From the NCBI GenBank assembly GCA_965178125.1, contig OZ237748.1, forward strand, positions 496,001 to 560,000: a stretch of 64,000 nucleotides of DNA, written 5' to 3'. This DNA is from Bilabrum cf. latius. Lineage: Eukaryota. Position numbers and translations under genes: made by a program. This document shows positions 1 through 13,300 of this stretch, in pieces. The notes below the pieces were generated by a model. It was given only the letters and a program-made list of their open reading frames with translations, searched no databases and was not told the origin of the DNA. Within the stretch, counting starts at the first letter, position 1; each line of letters begins with the position of its first letter.

Positions 1-3000
1 AACAGGCACCAAGGGCAACCTTATTCCTTTATTGATGATCATACTAATTGGTCAGGGATAAGCGATCCCTTGCGTTTTAGTCGAGATACTTTCCGAAACG
101 CGGTAGCCGAACGGACAACTCGGGGTGGCAGGCACTTCCCGCCGCCGCTCGCGCCCCGCCAGATTGCGATGGCGGCGCGCGCGCCCATTGAATGTTATCT
201 TGTAGAACTAAACTAAGTTCTCCGCTCGGTCCCTGAGCGGGCCCGGGCCCGCAAGCCCCCGATCCCGGATCCCGCCCCGACTCGTTCTAATATTACTATT
301 TATGTTAACAAGAGGGAAAGGACCTAAGCCCGCCCCCCATGGGTTCGGAGATGGGAGTGGGTGGCGGGCCGGGTAGCGGGAGTGGCGAGCTGCCGTCGCG
401 TGCCGGGCGGTCGCAGCCTGCCGCCAGCGATGATGATGGTCGCAAGCAGGGGAGCGTCAGGCACAATGGGCGTGCCCGCCACGATGGAGGCAACGCAGAG
501 TTAGGAGATGCAGGTGAGCCGTGAGATGCAACTGGCTGCCGCCGTGGTGCTTCGCGGTGCTGCTGCCGGGGTGCTGGAGGGCGGTAGCTCGCAGATGTCA
601 GCATTACATGAGCTCACGAGGCACTGAACGCCTGCCGGCGGTCGGCGGCAGCGATGCAATTTGCCATGAATAGCTCCATAGAGTCCATTGTGCCGGCGCG
701 TCGTCGTCTCCCTGAAGCCTGGATCGCTCCCGCGGTCGGATTCAGCAGCGGCGGGGCGGAGGGAGGGCGAGCCGGCCGCTTGGAGCCCTCCCTCCCCGAT
801 CAAAGCAGCAGCGCACGCGGGCAATCGAATCTATGTCTTACTTGATTTTGTTTTAAAGCGCTGTTGCATCTGCGATAGGAGCTGACTGGAGCGCGGACGC
901 GTTGTGCCTCGAGGCTCGTGGCGTTGGAAGCTGCTGTTGGTCCGCTCACTCGACTCATCGATGCTATCACGCCTATCTCACCGTGGAATTGCGTGTTTGA
1001 TATTCAATCAAGTAAGATTCCGTTGCTCGTGGCATCGATGCTGCGGGGATTGAGCTTGCTGTTGGAGGTGACAGCATTTGCGCGCCACCTCAGTGCTTCT
1101 CCAGAGCCGGGCACGGCATGGGCAGCCGATCGGCCAGCAGAAATCATGATGTTATAATGCAAAGACAACAATCTATTGGCTTACCGGCGCATTCGAGGGG
1201 TGGAATGAATCGGATCGAGTGGAGCGCGAGAGGGATCGGATCAGTGCGCGGCAGGGAGGAGTTTATCCGGGCGCGCGAATCCCTAAGGGGTTTTGTTTCG
1301 TGGGAGAATCCAACAGGCACCAAGGGCAACCTTATTCCTTTATTGATGATCATACTAATTGGTCAGGGATAAGCGATCCCTTGCGTTTTAGTCGAGATAC
1401 TTTCCGAAACGCGGTAGCCGAACGGACAACTCGGGGTGGCAGGCACTTCCCGCCGCCGCTCGCGCCCCGCCAGATTGCGATGGCGGCGCGCGCGCCCATT
1501 GAATGTTATCTTGTAGAACTAAACTAAGTTCTCCGCTCGGTCCCTGAGCGGGCCCGGGCCCGCAAGCCCCCGATCCCGGATCCCGCCCCGACTCGTTCTA
1601 ATATTACTATTTATGTTAACAAGAGGGAAAGGACCTAAGCCCGCCCCCCATGGGTTCGGAGATGGGAGTGGGTGGCGGGCCGGGTAGCGGGAGTGGCGAG
1701 CTGCCGTCGCGTGCCGGGCGGTCGCAGCCTGCCGCCAGCGATGATGATGGTCGCAAGCAGGGGAGCGTCAGGCACAATGGGCGTGCCCGCCACGATGGAG
1801 GCAACGCAGAGTTAGGAGATGCAGGTGAGCCGTGAGATGCAACTGGCTGCCGCCGTGGTGCTTCGCGGTGCTGCTGCCGGGGTGCTGGAGGGCGGTAGCT
1901 CGCAGATGTCAGCATTACATGAGCTCACGAGGCACTGAACGCCTGCCGGCGGTCGGCGGCGGCGATGCAATTTGCCATGAATAGCTCCATAGAGTCCATT
2001 GTGCCGGCGCGTCGTCGTCTCCCTGAAGCCTGGATCGCTCCCGCGGTCGGATTCAGCAGCGGCGGGGCGGAGGGAGGGCGAGCCGGCCGCTTGGAGCCCT
2101 CCCTCCCCGATCAAAGCAGCAGCGCACGCGGGCAATCGAATCTATTTCTTACTTGATTTTGTTTTAAAGCGCTGTTGCATCTGCGATAGGAGCTGACTGG
2201 AGCGCGGACGCGTTGTGCCTCGAGGCTCGTGGCGTTGGAAGCTGCTGTTGGTCCGCTCACTCGACTCATCGATGCTATCACGCCTATCTCACCGTGGAAT
2301 TGCGTGTTTGATATTCAATCAAGTAAGATTCCGTTGCTCGTGGCATCGATGCTGCGGGGATTGAGCTTGCTGTTGGAGGTGACAGCATTTGCGCGCCACC
2401 TCAGTGCTTCTCCAGAGCCGGGCACGGCATGGGCAGCCGATCGGCCAGCAGAAATCATGATGTTATAATGCAAATACAACAATCTATTGGCTTACCGGCG
2501 CATTCGAGGGGTGGAATGAATCGGATCGAGTGGAGCGCGAGAGGGATCGGATCAGTGCGCGGCAGGGAGGAGTTTATCCGGGCGCGCGAATCCCTAAGGC
2601 TTTTTGTTTCGTGGGAGAATCCAACAGGCACCAAGGGCAACCTTATTCCTTTATTGATGATCATACTAATTGGTCAGGGATAAGCGATCCCTTGCGTTTT
2701 AGTCGAGATACTTTCCGAAACGCGGTAGCCGAACGGACAACTCGGGGTGGCAGGCACTTCCCGCCGCCGCTCGCACCCCGCCAGATTGCGATGGCGGCGC
2801 GCGCGCCCATTGAATGTTATCTTGTAGAACTAAACTAAGTTCTCCGCTCGGTCCCTGAGCGGGCCCGGGCCCGCAAGCCCCCGATCCCGGATCCCGCCCC
2901 GACTCGTTCTAATATTACTATTTATGTTAAACAAGAGGGAAAGGACCTAAGCCCGCCCCCCATGGGTTCGGAGATGGGAGTGGGTGGCGGGCCGGGTAGC

Positions 3001-6000
3001 GGGAGTGGCGAGCTGCCGTCGCGTGCCGGGCGGTCGCAGCCTGCCGCCAGCGATGATGATGGTCGCAAGCAGGGGAGCGTCAGGCACAATGGGCGTGCCC
3101 GCCACGATGGAGGCAACGCAGAGTTAGGAGATGCAGGTGAGCCGTGAGATGCAACTGGCTGCCGCCGTGGTGCTTCGCGGTGCTGCTGCCGGGGTGCTGG
3201 AGGGCGGTAGCTCGCAGATGTCAGCATTACATGAGCTCACGAGGCACTGAACGCCTGCCGGCGGTCGGCGGCGGCGATGCAATTTGCCATGAATAGCTCC
3301 ATAGAGTCCATTGTGCCGGCGCGTCGTCGTCTCCCTGAAGCCTGGATCGCTCCCGCGGTCGGATTCAGCAGCGGCGGGGCGGAGGGAGGGCGAGCCGGCC
3401 GCTTGGAGCCCTCCCTCCCCGATCAAAGCAGCAGCGCACGCGGGCAATCGAATCTATTTCTTACTTGATTTTGTTTTAAAGCGCTGTTGCATCTGCGATA
3501 GGAGCTGACTGGAGCGCGGACGCGTTGTGCCTCGAGGCTCGTGGCGTTGGAAGCTGCTGTTGGTCCGCTCACTCGACTCATCGATGCTATCACGCCTATC
3601 TCACCGTGGAATTGCGTGTTTGATATTCAATCAAGTAAGATTCCGTTGCTCGTGGCATCGATGCTGCGGGGATTGAGCTTGCTGTTGGAGGTGACAGCAT
3701 TTGCGCGCCACCTCAGTGCTTCTCCAGAGCCGGGCACGGCATGGGCAGCCGATCGGCCAGCAGAAATCATGATGTTATAATGCAAATACAACAATCTATT
3801 GGCTTACCGGCGCATTCGAGGGGTGGAATGAATCGGATCGAGTGGAGCGCGAGAGGGATCGGATCAGTGCGCGGCAGGGAGGAGTTTATCCGGGCGCGCG
3901 AATCCCTAAGGCTTTTTGTTTCGTGGGAGAATCCAACAGGCACCAAGGGCAACCTTATTCCTTTATTGATGATCATACTAATTGGTCAGGGATAAGCGAT
4001 CCCTTGCGTTTTAGTCGAGATACTTTCCGAAACGCGGTAGCCGAACGGACAACTCGGGGTGGCAGGCACTTCCCGCCGCCGCTCGCACCCCGCCAGATTG
4101 CGATGGCGGCGCGCGCGCCCATTGAATGTTATCTTGTAGAACTAAACTAAGTTCTCCGCTCGGTCCCTGAGCGGGCCCGGGCCCGCAAGCCCCCGATCCC
4201 GGATCCCGCCCCGACTCGTTCTAATATTACTATTTATGTTAACAAGAGGGAAAGGACCTAAGCCCGCCCCCCATGGGTTTGGAGATGGGAGTGGGTGGCG
4301 GGCCGGGTAGCGGGAGTGGCGAGCTGCCGTCGCGTGCCGGGCGGTCGCAGCCTGCCGCCAGCGATGATGATGGTCGCAAGCAGGGGAGCGTCAGGCACAA
4401 TGGGCGTGCCCGCCACGATGGAGGCAACGCAGAGTCAGGAGATGCAGGTGAGCCGTGAGATGCAACTGGCTGCCGCCGTGGCGCTTCGCGGTGCTGCTGC
4501 CGGGGTGCTGGAGGGCGCTAGCTCGCAGATGTCAGCATTGTATGAGCTCACGAGGTACAGAGTGCCTGCCGGCGGTCGGCGGCGGTGATGCAATTTGCCA
4601 TGAATAGCTCCATAGAGTCCATTGTGCCGGCGCGTCGTCGTCTCCCTGAAGCCTAGATCGCTCCCGCGGTCGGATTCAGCAGCGGCGGGGCGGAGGGAGG
4701 GCGAGCCGGCCGCTTGGAGCCCTCCCTCCCCGATCAAAGCAGCAGCGCACGCGGGCAATCGAGTCTATGTCTTACTTGATTGTGTTTAAAGCGCTGTTGC
4801 ATCTGCGATAGGAGCTGGCTGGAGCGCGGACGCGTTGTGCCTCGAGGCTCGTGGCGTTGGAAGCTGCTGTTGGTCCGCTCACTCGACTCATCGATGCTAT
4901 CACGCCTATCTCACCGTGGAATTGCGTGTTTGGTATTCAATCAAGTAAGATTCCGTTGCTCGTTGCATGGATGCAGCGGGGATTGAGCTTGCGGTTGGAG
5001 GTGACAGCATTTGCGCGCCACCTCAGTGCTTCTCCAGAGCCGGGCACGGCATGGGCAGCCGATCGGCCAGCAGAAATCATGATGTCATAATGCAGATACA
5101 ACAATCTATTGGCTTACCGGCGCATTCGAGGGGTGGAATGAATCGGATCGAGTGGAGCGCGAGAGGGATCGGATCAGGGCGCGGCAGGGAGGAGTTTATC
5201 CGGGCGCGCGAATCCCTAAGGCTTTTTGTTTCGTGGGAGAATCCAACAGGCACCAAGGGCTACCTTATTCCTTTATTGATGATCATACTAATTGGTCAGG
5301 GATAAGCGATCCCTTGCGTTTTAGTCGAGATACTTTCCGAAACGCGGTAGCCGAACGGACAACTCGGGGTGGCAGGCACTTCCCGCCGCCGCTCGCGCCC
5401 CGCGCGATTGCGATGGCGGCGCGCGCGCACGTTCAATGTAATCTAATAGACTTACACTAAGTTCTCCGCTCGGTGCGGGCGCGGGCCCCGGCCCGCAAGC
5501 CCCCGATCCCAGATCCCGCCCCGACTCGTTCTAATATTACTATTTATGTTAACAAGAGGGAAAGGACCTAAGCCCGCCCCCCATGGGTTTGGAGATGGGA
5601 GTGGGTGGCGGGCCGGGTAGCGGGAGTGGCGAGCTGCCGTCGCGTGCCGGGCGGTCGCAGCCTGCCGCCAGCGATGATGATGGTCGCAAGCAGGGGAGCG
5701 TCAGGCACAATGGGCGTGCCCGCCACGATGGAGGCAACGCAGAGTCAGGAGATGCAGGTGAGCCGTGAGATGCAACTGGCTGCCGCCGTGGCGCTTCGCG
5801 GTGCTGCTGCCGGGGTGCTGGAGGGCGCTAGCTCGCAGATGTCAGCATTATATGAGCTCACGAGGTACAGAGTGCCTGCCGGCGGTCGGCGGCGGTGATG
5901 CAATTTGCCATGAATAGCTCCATAGAGTCCATTGTGCCGGCGCGTCGTCGTCTCCCTGAAGCCTAGATCGCTCCCGCGGTCGGATTCAGCAGCGGCGGGG

Positions 6001-6862
6001 CGGAGGGAGGGCGAGCCGGCCGCTTGGAGCCCTCCCTCCCCGATCAAAGCAGCAGCGCACGCGGGCAATCGAGTCTATGTCTTACTTGATTGTGTTTAAA
6101 GCGCTGTTGCATCTGCGATAGGAGCTGACTGGAGCGCGGACGCGTTGTGCCTCGAGGCTCGTGGCGTTGGAAGCTGCTGTTGGTCCGCTCACTCGACTCA
6201 TCGATGCTATCACGCCTATCTCACCGTGGAATTGCGTGTTTGATATTCAATCAAGTAAGATTCCGTTGCTCGTTGCATGGATGCAGCGGGGATTGAGCTT
6301 GCGGTTGGAGGTGACAGCATTTGCGCGCCACCTCAGTGCTTCTCCAGAGCCGGGCACGGCATGGGCAGCCGATCGGCCAGCAGAAATCATGATGTCATAA
6401 TGCAGATACAACAATCTATTGGCTTACCGGCGCATTCGAGGGGTGGAATGAATCGGATCGAGTGGAGCGCGAGAGGGATCGGATCAGGGCGCGGCAGGGA
6501 GGAGTTTATCCGGGCGCGCGAATCCCTAAGGCTTTTTGTTTCGTGGGAGAATCCAACAGGCACCAAGGGCTACCTTATTCCTTTATTGATGATCATACTA
6601 ATTGGTCAGGGATAAGCGATCCCTTGCGTTTTAGTCGAGATACTTTCCGAAACGCGGTAGCCGAACGGACAACTCGGGGTGGCAGGCACTTCCCGCCGCC
6701 GCTCGCGCCCCGCGCGATTGCGATGGCGGCGCGCGCGCACGTTCAATGTAATCTAATAGACTTACACTAAGTTCTCCGCTCGGTGCGGGCGCGGGCCCCG
6801 GCCCGCAAGCCCCCGATCCCAGATCCCGCCCCGACTCGTTCTAATATTACTATTTATGTTAA
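1..6862. repeat. Tandem array of a ~1310-1312 bp unit (5 full copies plus a partial copy, running off the left edge)
   Basis: Identical ORF sets recur at 305/1616/2922/4239/5549. Units join at TATTTATGTTAAC|AAGAGGG and the array ends at ...TATTTATGTTAA ~6862. Two sequence subtypes (before and after ~4240). Confidence 0.97.
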
Positions 6863-7644
6863 TGTTAAATATCATCGACAGACTCAATCAAAAGACTCGA
6901 GTTGTCACGAACAGGCCCATCTCGCATAATTTACGTTATTTGAGATAGTATAAACAATACCGAAGAAAGAATAACAGTGGTAAAGGTGCAGTTGCAGAAG
7001 TGCGAAAGTCTGTAATATGCAATTGAAAGGTGACATTAAGATTGCGCGGCACGCCTAGCCCAGCCGGGAATACGGGTTCGATCCCGAAGTCCCAGGAACT
7101 CCAGGTGCCCCCTAACCACACGAAAGCCGGATACAAATGTATGTAGTCCATTTAGAATGAGGTCAAGCGTCTCGCGTATGCAATGCCTTTGCTGGAATCG
7201 ATCTTCGGAGTCGATTACGACTGCAAGTCACCAATTCTTGACGATTTCGTCTCAAAATGACGTGCAACTGGTGCAAATCAGAGATAAACGTTGGTGATAA
7301 AGGGGTGACTGTTGATATGTGGGCAGTTCCGCGAGGATGTACCCGACAGGTAGGTCATCTTCAAGCGTGGGTGTGGCAGATCAAGAGTTCAGCGCTGCGT
7401 TCCTCTCGTGGGCAAATTAAACTATAAATGGAGCGTATTATATTCCCACACCTTGCGCATCCCGCCTGACGACCGCCAGACGGTCGAAATATATCAAGCA
7501 GTCCAGATCATGGTAAGTGGGACCGCTCGTAGATCTTTACCGTCAGGCGAGACTAGCTGCTCCTTGCGTGCGGGGCCATGCCATATGTCAGTGGATGTGG
7601 TGACGGTAGTAGAGGGCTGCAAGGCCGCAAATCTCCTCCAGTGG

Positions 7645-8810
7645 AGCAGCAGCCTGAGCAAGGTGCTGCAGGAGGCCAGGGGGGCGGGGCAACAGCCTGA
7701 GCAAGGTGCGGCAGGAGGCCAGGGGGGCGGGGCAACAGCCTGAGCAAGGTGCTGCAGGAGGCCAGGGGGGCGGAGCAACAGCCTGAGCAAGGTGCTGCAG
7801 GAGGCCAGGGGGGCGGGGCAACAGCCTGAGCAAGGTGCGGCAGGAGGCCAGGGGGGCGGGGCAACAGCCTGAGCAAGGTGCTGCAGGAGGCCAGGGGGGG
7901 CGGAGCAACAGTCTGAGCAAGGTGCTGCAGGAGGCCAGGGGGGGGCGGGGCAACAGTCTGAGCAAGGTGCTGCAGGATGCCAGGGGGGGCGGGGCAACAG
8001 CCTGAGCAAGGTGCTGCAGGAGGCCAGGGGGGCGGGGCAACAGCCTGAGCAAGGTGCTGCAGGAGGCCAGGGGGGCGGGGCAACAGCCTGAGCAAGGTGC
8101 GGCAGGAGGCCAGGGGGGCGGGGCAACAGCCTGAGCAAGGTGCTGCAGGAGGCCAGGGCGGGCGGGGCAACAGCCTGAGCAAGGTGCGGCAGGAGGCCAG
8201 GGGGGCGGGGCAACAGCCTGAGCAAGGTGCTGCAGGAGGCCAGGGGGGCGGGGCAACAGCCTGAGCAAGGTGCTGCAGGAGGCCAGGGGGGCGGAGCAAC
8301 AGCCTGAGCAAGGTGCTGCAGGAGGCCAGGGGGCGGGGCAACAGCCTGAGCAAGGTGCTGCAGGAGGCCAGGGGGGCGGAGCAACAGCCTGAGCAAGGTG
8401 CGGCAGGAGGCCAGGGGGGGCGGGGCAACAGCCTGAGCAAGGTGCGGCAGGAGGCCAGGGGGGCGAGGCAACAGCCTGAGCAAGGTGCTGCAGGAGGCCA
8501 GGGGGGCGGGGCAACAGCCTGAGCAAGGTGCTGCAGGATGCCAGGGGGGCGAGGCAACAGCCTGAGCAAGGTGCTGCAGGAGGCCAGGGGGGCGGGGCAA
8601 CAGCCTGAGCAAGGTGCTGCAGGAGGCCAGGGGGGCGGGGCAACAGCCTCAGCAAGGTGCTGCAGGAGGCCAGGGGGGCGGGGCAACAGCCTGAGCAAGG
8701 TGCTGCAGGAGGCCAGGGGGGCGGGGCAACAGCCTGAGCAAGGTGCGGCAGGAGGCCAGGGGGGCGGGGCAACAGCCTGAGCAAGGTGCTGCAGGAGGCC
8801 AGGGGGGTGG
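7645..8810 (+). repeat. G-rich minisatellite, 43-bp unit GCAACAGCCTGAGCAAGGTGCTGCAGGAGGCCAGGGGGGCGGG, ~27 copies
   Basis: Direct reading. G-run length varies between copies, which shifts frames, so the overlapping ORFs are not credible. Confidence 0.95.
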
Positions 8811-8934
8811 GGCAGTTGAGCCGGCAAGTGCCATACGCAAGCAGGGGAGAGTTGCACTGGACGCGTATACTCTGGCCGACGATGGAGCAGAAGAAAAAGC
8901 ATGTATATTAAGGGCCCCCAAGAAGACGCAGGCG

Positions 8935-9222
8935 AAGGGAACTGCGATGAGAAGGGCCCGCAGGAAGACGCGGGGGGAAGGGAACTGCGATGGAAAAGGC
9001 ACGCAGGAAGACGCGGGGGGTAGGGAACTGCGAAGGGAAGGGCCCGCAGGTAGACGCGGGGGGAAGGGAACTGGGATGAGAAGGGCCCGCAGGACGACGC
9101 AGGGGGAAGGGAACTGCGATAAGAAGGGCCCGCAGGAAGACGCGGGGGGATGGGAACTGCGATGGAAAAGGCACGCAGGTAGACGCGGGGGGAAGGGAAC
9201 TGGGATGAGAAGGGCCCGCAGG
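8935..9222 (+). repeat. Second 43-bp minisatellite, GGGAACTGCGATGAGAAGGGCCCGCAGGAAGACGCGGGGGGAA, ~7 copies; followed by 3 x 21-bp GATGACCTGGC repeats (~9258-9312)
   Basis: GGGAACTG recurs every 43 bp from ~8937 to ~9195. Confidence 0.9.
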
Positions 9223-10362
9223 CGGCCATGGAGGGAGGCCCTACGCACGGTGAGGATGATGACCTGGCCGGGTAGGACGATGACCTGGCCGGGGAGGACG
9301 ATGACCTGGCGGCGACGGCGGGGAGCCAAATGGTATGTTATCAAGGGCAGTGGAAGGATCGACTCATTTCCTGATGCTTGCCCTGAACCAGGCGCCCGAC
9401 CCGACCAAGAGATAAAGGCGGCCGTTCGTGAAGCTGCGGCGCGTGGTCGCACTTACGCGAGATGGGCGCGACGAAGAGACGCCGTGACGCTCCTTGGGCG
9501 ACTGCAAGCTGTTGCTGCATGGCACGAGCATAGGTTTGATGCTAGTTTGCCCATAGGTTTGATGCTAAGCAGGGCCGGATAAATCGCCGATTGTATATTA
9601 TTTGCTTTGTGACTTCGGCTTGCGACTCTGAAAATTGCATCGTTGAGGGAAATACTAAGCAATGTACGATCTTAGCTCGGCTAACTGCCGTAAAGTCTCA
9701 AGGTGCCGGTTTTGCGGAGCGTGCGAGCCATCTAGTATAACAAGACTTGTCCATTGGGTACACTCGGTAGCGATTATACATATAGCGACTATACTGAAAA
9801 TGAGCAGAGATTATTCACCAGCAGCCGAGCACTACGGGAATTTTGTAGACAAATCCGCCCCAGCGGCCCGAAACACTAGCGTCCCTAGCTAATCTTCTTT
9901 TTGCGGTTGTAACCTATACCGAGGTTAGAACCGGTTGAGAATCACCCAAGGAACTTCACATGCTCAGCTGACTGCATATTTCGAGAAGTCTAACCCCAAG
10001 CCCCTTGAAACAGTCAGCCTTGTACGTGAGATTATGGAGATGCACCATCTTATTACTTTTCTGCGCACCACATGTTCTGATGCCGTGCGGCAATCGTATC
10101 GTTGATCCATGACTGCCGCCTGATGGAGTAGGCTACAGTACAGAGCGAGGACCCATCCAGCGCGCCTGCCCAACTTTCCGCAATACTTGTCTGTACATTA
10201 TAAACAACAACAAATACGATTTACCCACTGCTAGCCTCAAGCATGGTGTTCTGCGAGTACCGCCAGGCTAGTCCTTCAACTGTCACGACTCGATGCTGCT
10301 CAATGCACTTGATTCATGCAATTTGAGCATCGCAGCCGAAAGAAACGCATAGATCAACAAAA

Positions 10363-13300
10363 ATGCACCGGACGTTGGGCGCCAAGGCGTCACTGTGAGC
10401 ATTTTGGTTGGACTGTGCCCGTAGTAAATCGCGCACAGCGGCATACACCCTTTGCTTGTCTGGAGTACATGAGGCTGACAGCACTTATAATCAAAGCTAT
10501 ACTTCAAAACTGCATGTGCTTGATCCGCCTCCTTTTGCTTGTCGCAGCATCCTTGCGGCAGTCATGGCAGCTGCCCCAACTGTATTCGCTGCGAGCGGGC
10601 ACGAAGCGTCCCTAGCCGAAAGGCAGAACCTCGCAGTCGATGTGGCAGCAGAGCATTCCTTGAGGCGAATACTGAGTAGTGCGATAGGCGCTAACTTCAG
10701 TGTCAAGTCCCACCAGAAGATCTCCGATACGGAAGGCGGCTTCACCGGCGAGCTGAACGATATGAACTTCTTCGGATTTTCCGTGGCATCCCTGGGCGAT
10801 CTGGACGGAGATAACATCACCGACCTCGCAGTGGGGGCGCCCAGTGATGCTGATGGAGGGGAGAACCGTGGGGCTACTTGGATTCTCTCCTTGAACAGCA
10901 ACGGGACCGTCAAGTCTCACCAGAAGATCTCCGATACGGAAGGCGGATTCACGGGCGAGCTCAACGATTATGACTTCTTCGGATCTTCCGTGGCATCCTT
11001 GGGCGATCTGGACAGAGATGGCACCATTAACCTCGCAGTGGGGGCACCCTTTGATGGTGGTGGAAGTGGAATGCGCGGGGCTACTTGGATCCTCTCCTTG
11101 AACACCAACGGGACCGTCAAGTCCCACCAAAAGATCTCCGCTACGGAAGGCGGCTTGGTTGGTGACCTGGACGACGTGGAAAACTTCGGGGAGGCCATGG
11201 TATCCCTGGGCGATCTAGACGAAGATGGCACCACCGATTTAGCGGTGGGGGCACCCAGTGATGGTGGAGGGTCGAAACGCGCGGCTACTTTAATCATCCT
11301 GTTGAACAGCAACGGAACCGTCAAGTCCCACCAGAAGATCTCCGCTACGGAAGGTGGCTTCATGGGCGAGCTAGACAAAAGTGACTTGTTCGGATCGTCC
11401 GTGGCATCCCTGGGCGATCTGGACAGAGATGGCACCACCGACCTCGCAGTGGGGGCCTACGACGATGATGATGGAGGGGAGAACCGCGGGGCTACTTGGA
11501 TCCTCTTCTTGAACACCAACGGCACCGTCAAGTCCCACCAGAAGATCTCCGATACGGAAGGCGGCTTCACCGGCGAGCTGAATGATAATAGTAACTTCGG
11601 ATCTTCCCTGGCACCCTTGGGCGATCTGGACAGAGATGGCACCATCGATCTCGCAGTGGGGGCAGGCGGTGATAGCGATGGAGGGATGTTGCGCGGGGCT
11701 ACTTGGATCCTCTTCATGAACACCGACGGAACCGTCAAGTCCCACCAGAAGATCTCCGATACGGAAGGCGGCTTTACTGGCGAGCTGAACGATGTTAGCT
11801 TCTTCGGATCTTCCGTGGCATCCTTAGGCGATCTGGACGGAGATGGCACCATCGACCTCGCAGTGGGGGCAGGCGGTGATAGCGATGGAGGGTCTATGCG
11901 CGGGGCTACTTGGATCCTATTCAATGAGGTGGTATTGCCAACCCCATCCCCAACCCCGAGCAACAGCCCGACCCCGAGTAGTACCCCCAGCAACTCCCCC
12001 ACGCCGAGCATCACCAGCAGCACCAGCCCCACGCCGAGCATCACCAGCAGCACCAGCCCCACGCCGAGCATCACCAGCAGCACCAGCCCCACGCCGAGCA
12101 TCACCAGCAGTCCCAGCAGCTCCCCCACTCCGAGCACTACCAGCAGCCCCAGCAACTCCCCCACGCCGAGCACTACCAGCAGCCCCAGCCCAACGCCGAG
12201 CATCACCAGTAGTCCCAGCAGCTCCCCCACGCCGAGCACTACCAGCAGCCCCAGCAGCTCCCCCACGCCGAGCACTACCAGCAGCCCCAGCAGCTCACCC
12301 ACGCTGAGCACTACAAGTAGCCCCAGCAACTCCCCCACGCCGAGCATCACCAGCAGCCCCAGCAACTCCCCCACGCCGAGCATCACCAGCAGCCCCAGCA
12401 GCTCACCCACGCCGAGCACTACCAGCAGCCCCAGCAGCTCACCCACGCCGAGCACTACCAGCAGTCCCAGCAACTCCCCCACGCCGAGCACTACCAGCAG
12501 CCCCAGCAGCTCACCCACGCCGAGCACTACCAGCAGCCCCAGCAGCTCACCCACGCCGAGCACTACCAGCAGCCCCAGCAACTCCCCCACGCCGAGCACT
12601 ACCAGCACTGATGGTAGGGGACCGACATGCAGTGATGGCGAGCTCAACGGCCAGGAGACCGACATTGACTGCGGGGACGCGTCTGCTGAAGGCTGCGCGT
12701 TGTGCGCCCAGGGCAGGACCTGCATCGTCACAGCCAACTGCGCCAGTGGACTCGTGTGCTCGGCTAGCAGCAACACGTGCACGCCCCCCACACGGCGCAG
12801 GGGCAAGCGCATCACGGTGTCCGGGACCAAGGTGTCGAGCGTGACCACGCCCGTCTTCCAGTCGAACTTGATGACTCCCTTCATCGCAGCGATCGAAGAC
12901 GTGGCCGGAAATGATGATGTGGTCATCAACCGGCTGACCCCGTCCTCAACCAGCAGGGGCCGCTCCCCTCAAGCCTCGGGCTCAGAGGAAAATGACGTTT
13001 CCGCCGCCGAGCTGGACTTCACAGCGACTATTCCGCTGGATCGCACCGACGCGGAGTAGACGAGGCAGGGCATCCTGGACTTCCTGCGGGGCAACATGAC
13101 CACGCCAACAAACGAGACGCTGGTGGAGGTGCTCAGGATGGCTGCGCCCGTCGAGATGGCCCAGCTACTGGTGGTTGATACGACCAGTACTGCCGCGGAG
13201 GTCACTGTACAAGAAGAGGACCTGCAAGTGGAGGAGGCTGTGGCTCCTTCTACGGACGAGGATGACAACGACGGAGGGGCCAGCATGGTCATCATCATCG

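Noticed and set aside
305-6770. Many short ORFs in the 1.31-kb array; also considered rDNA, 5S or snRNA
   Set aside because: No recognisable domains, codon bias or RNA-gene signatures.
7051-7090. tRNA-like A box (TAGCCCAGCCGG) and B box (GGTTCGATCCC); checked as a possible suppressor tRNA(CUA)
   Set aside because: The boxes are only ~6 nt apart with no anticodon arm or acceptor stem, so it cannot fold as a tRNA.
7494-9582. Long ORFs of 267-558 aa over the 43-bp minisatellites
   Set aside because: The unit is not a multiple of 3, G-runs vary, and ORFs are open in several frames on both strands: a repeat artefact.
13057-13059. Gene-specific programmed readthrough or pyrrolysine at TAG
   Set aside because: TAGs occur in many unrelated genes with no shared 3' context and align with Gln codons, so global reassignment is simpler.
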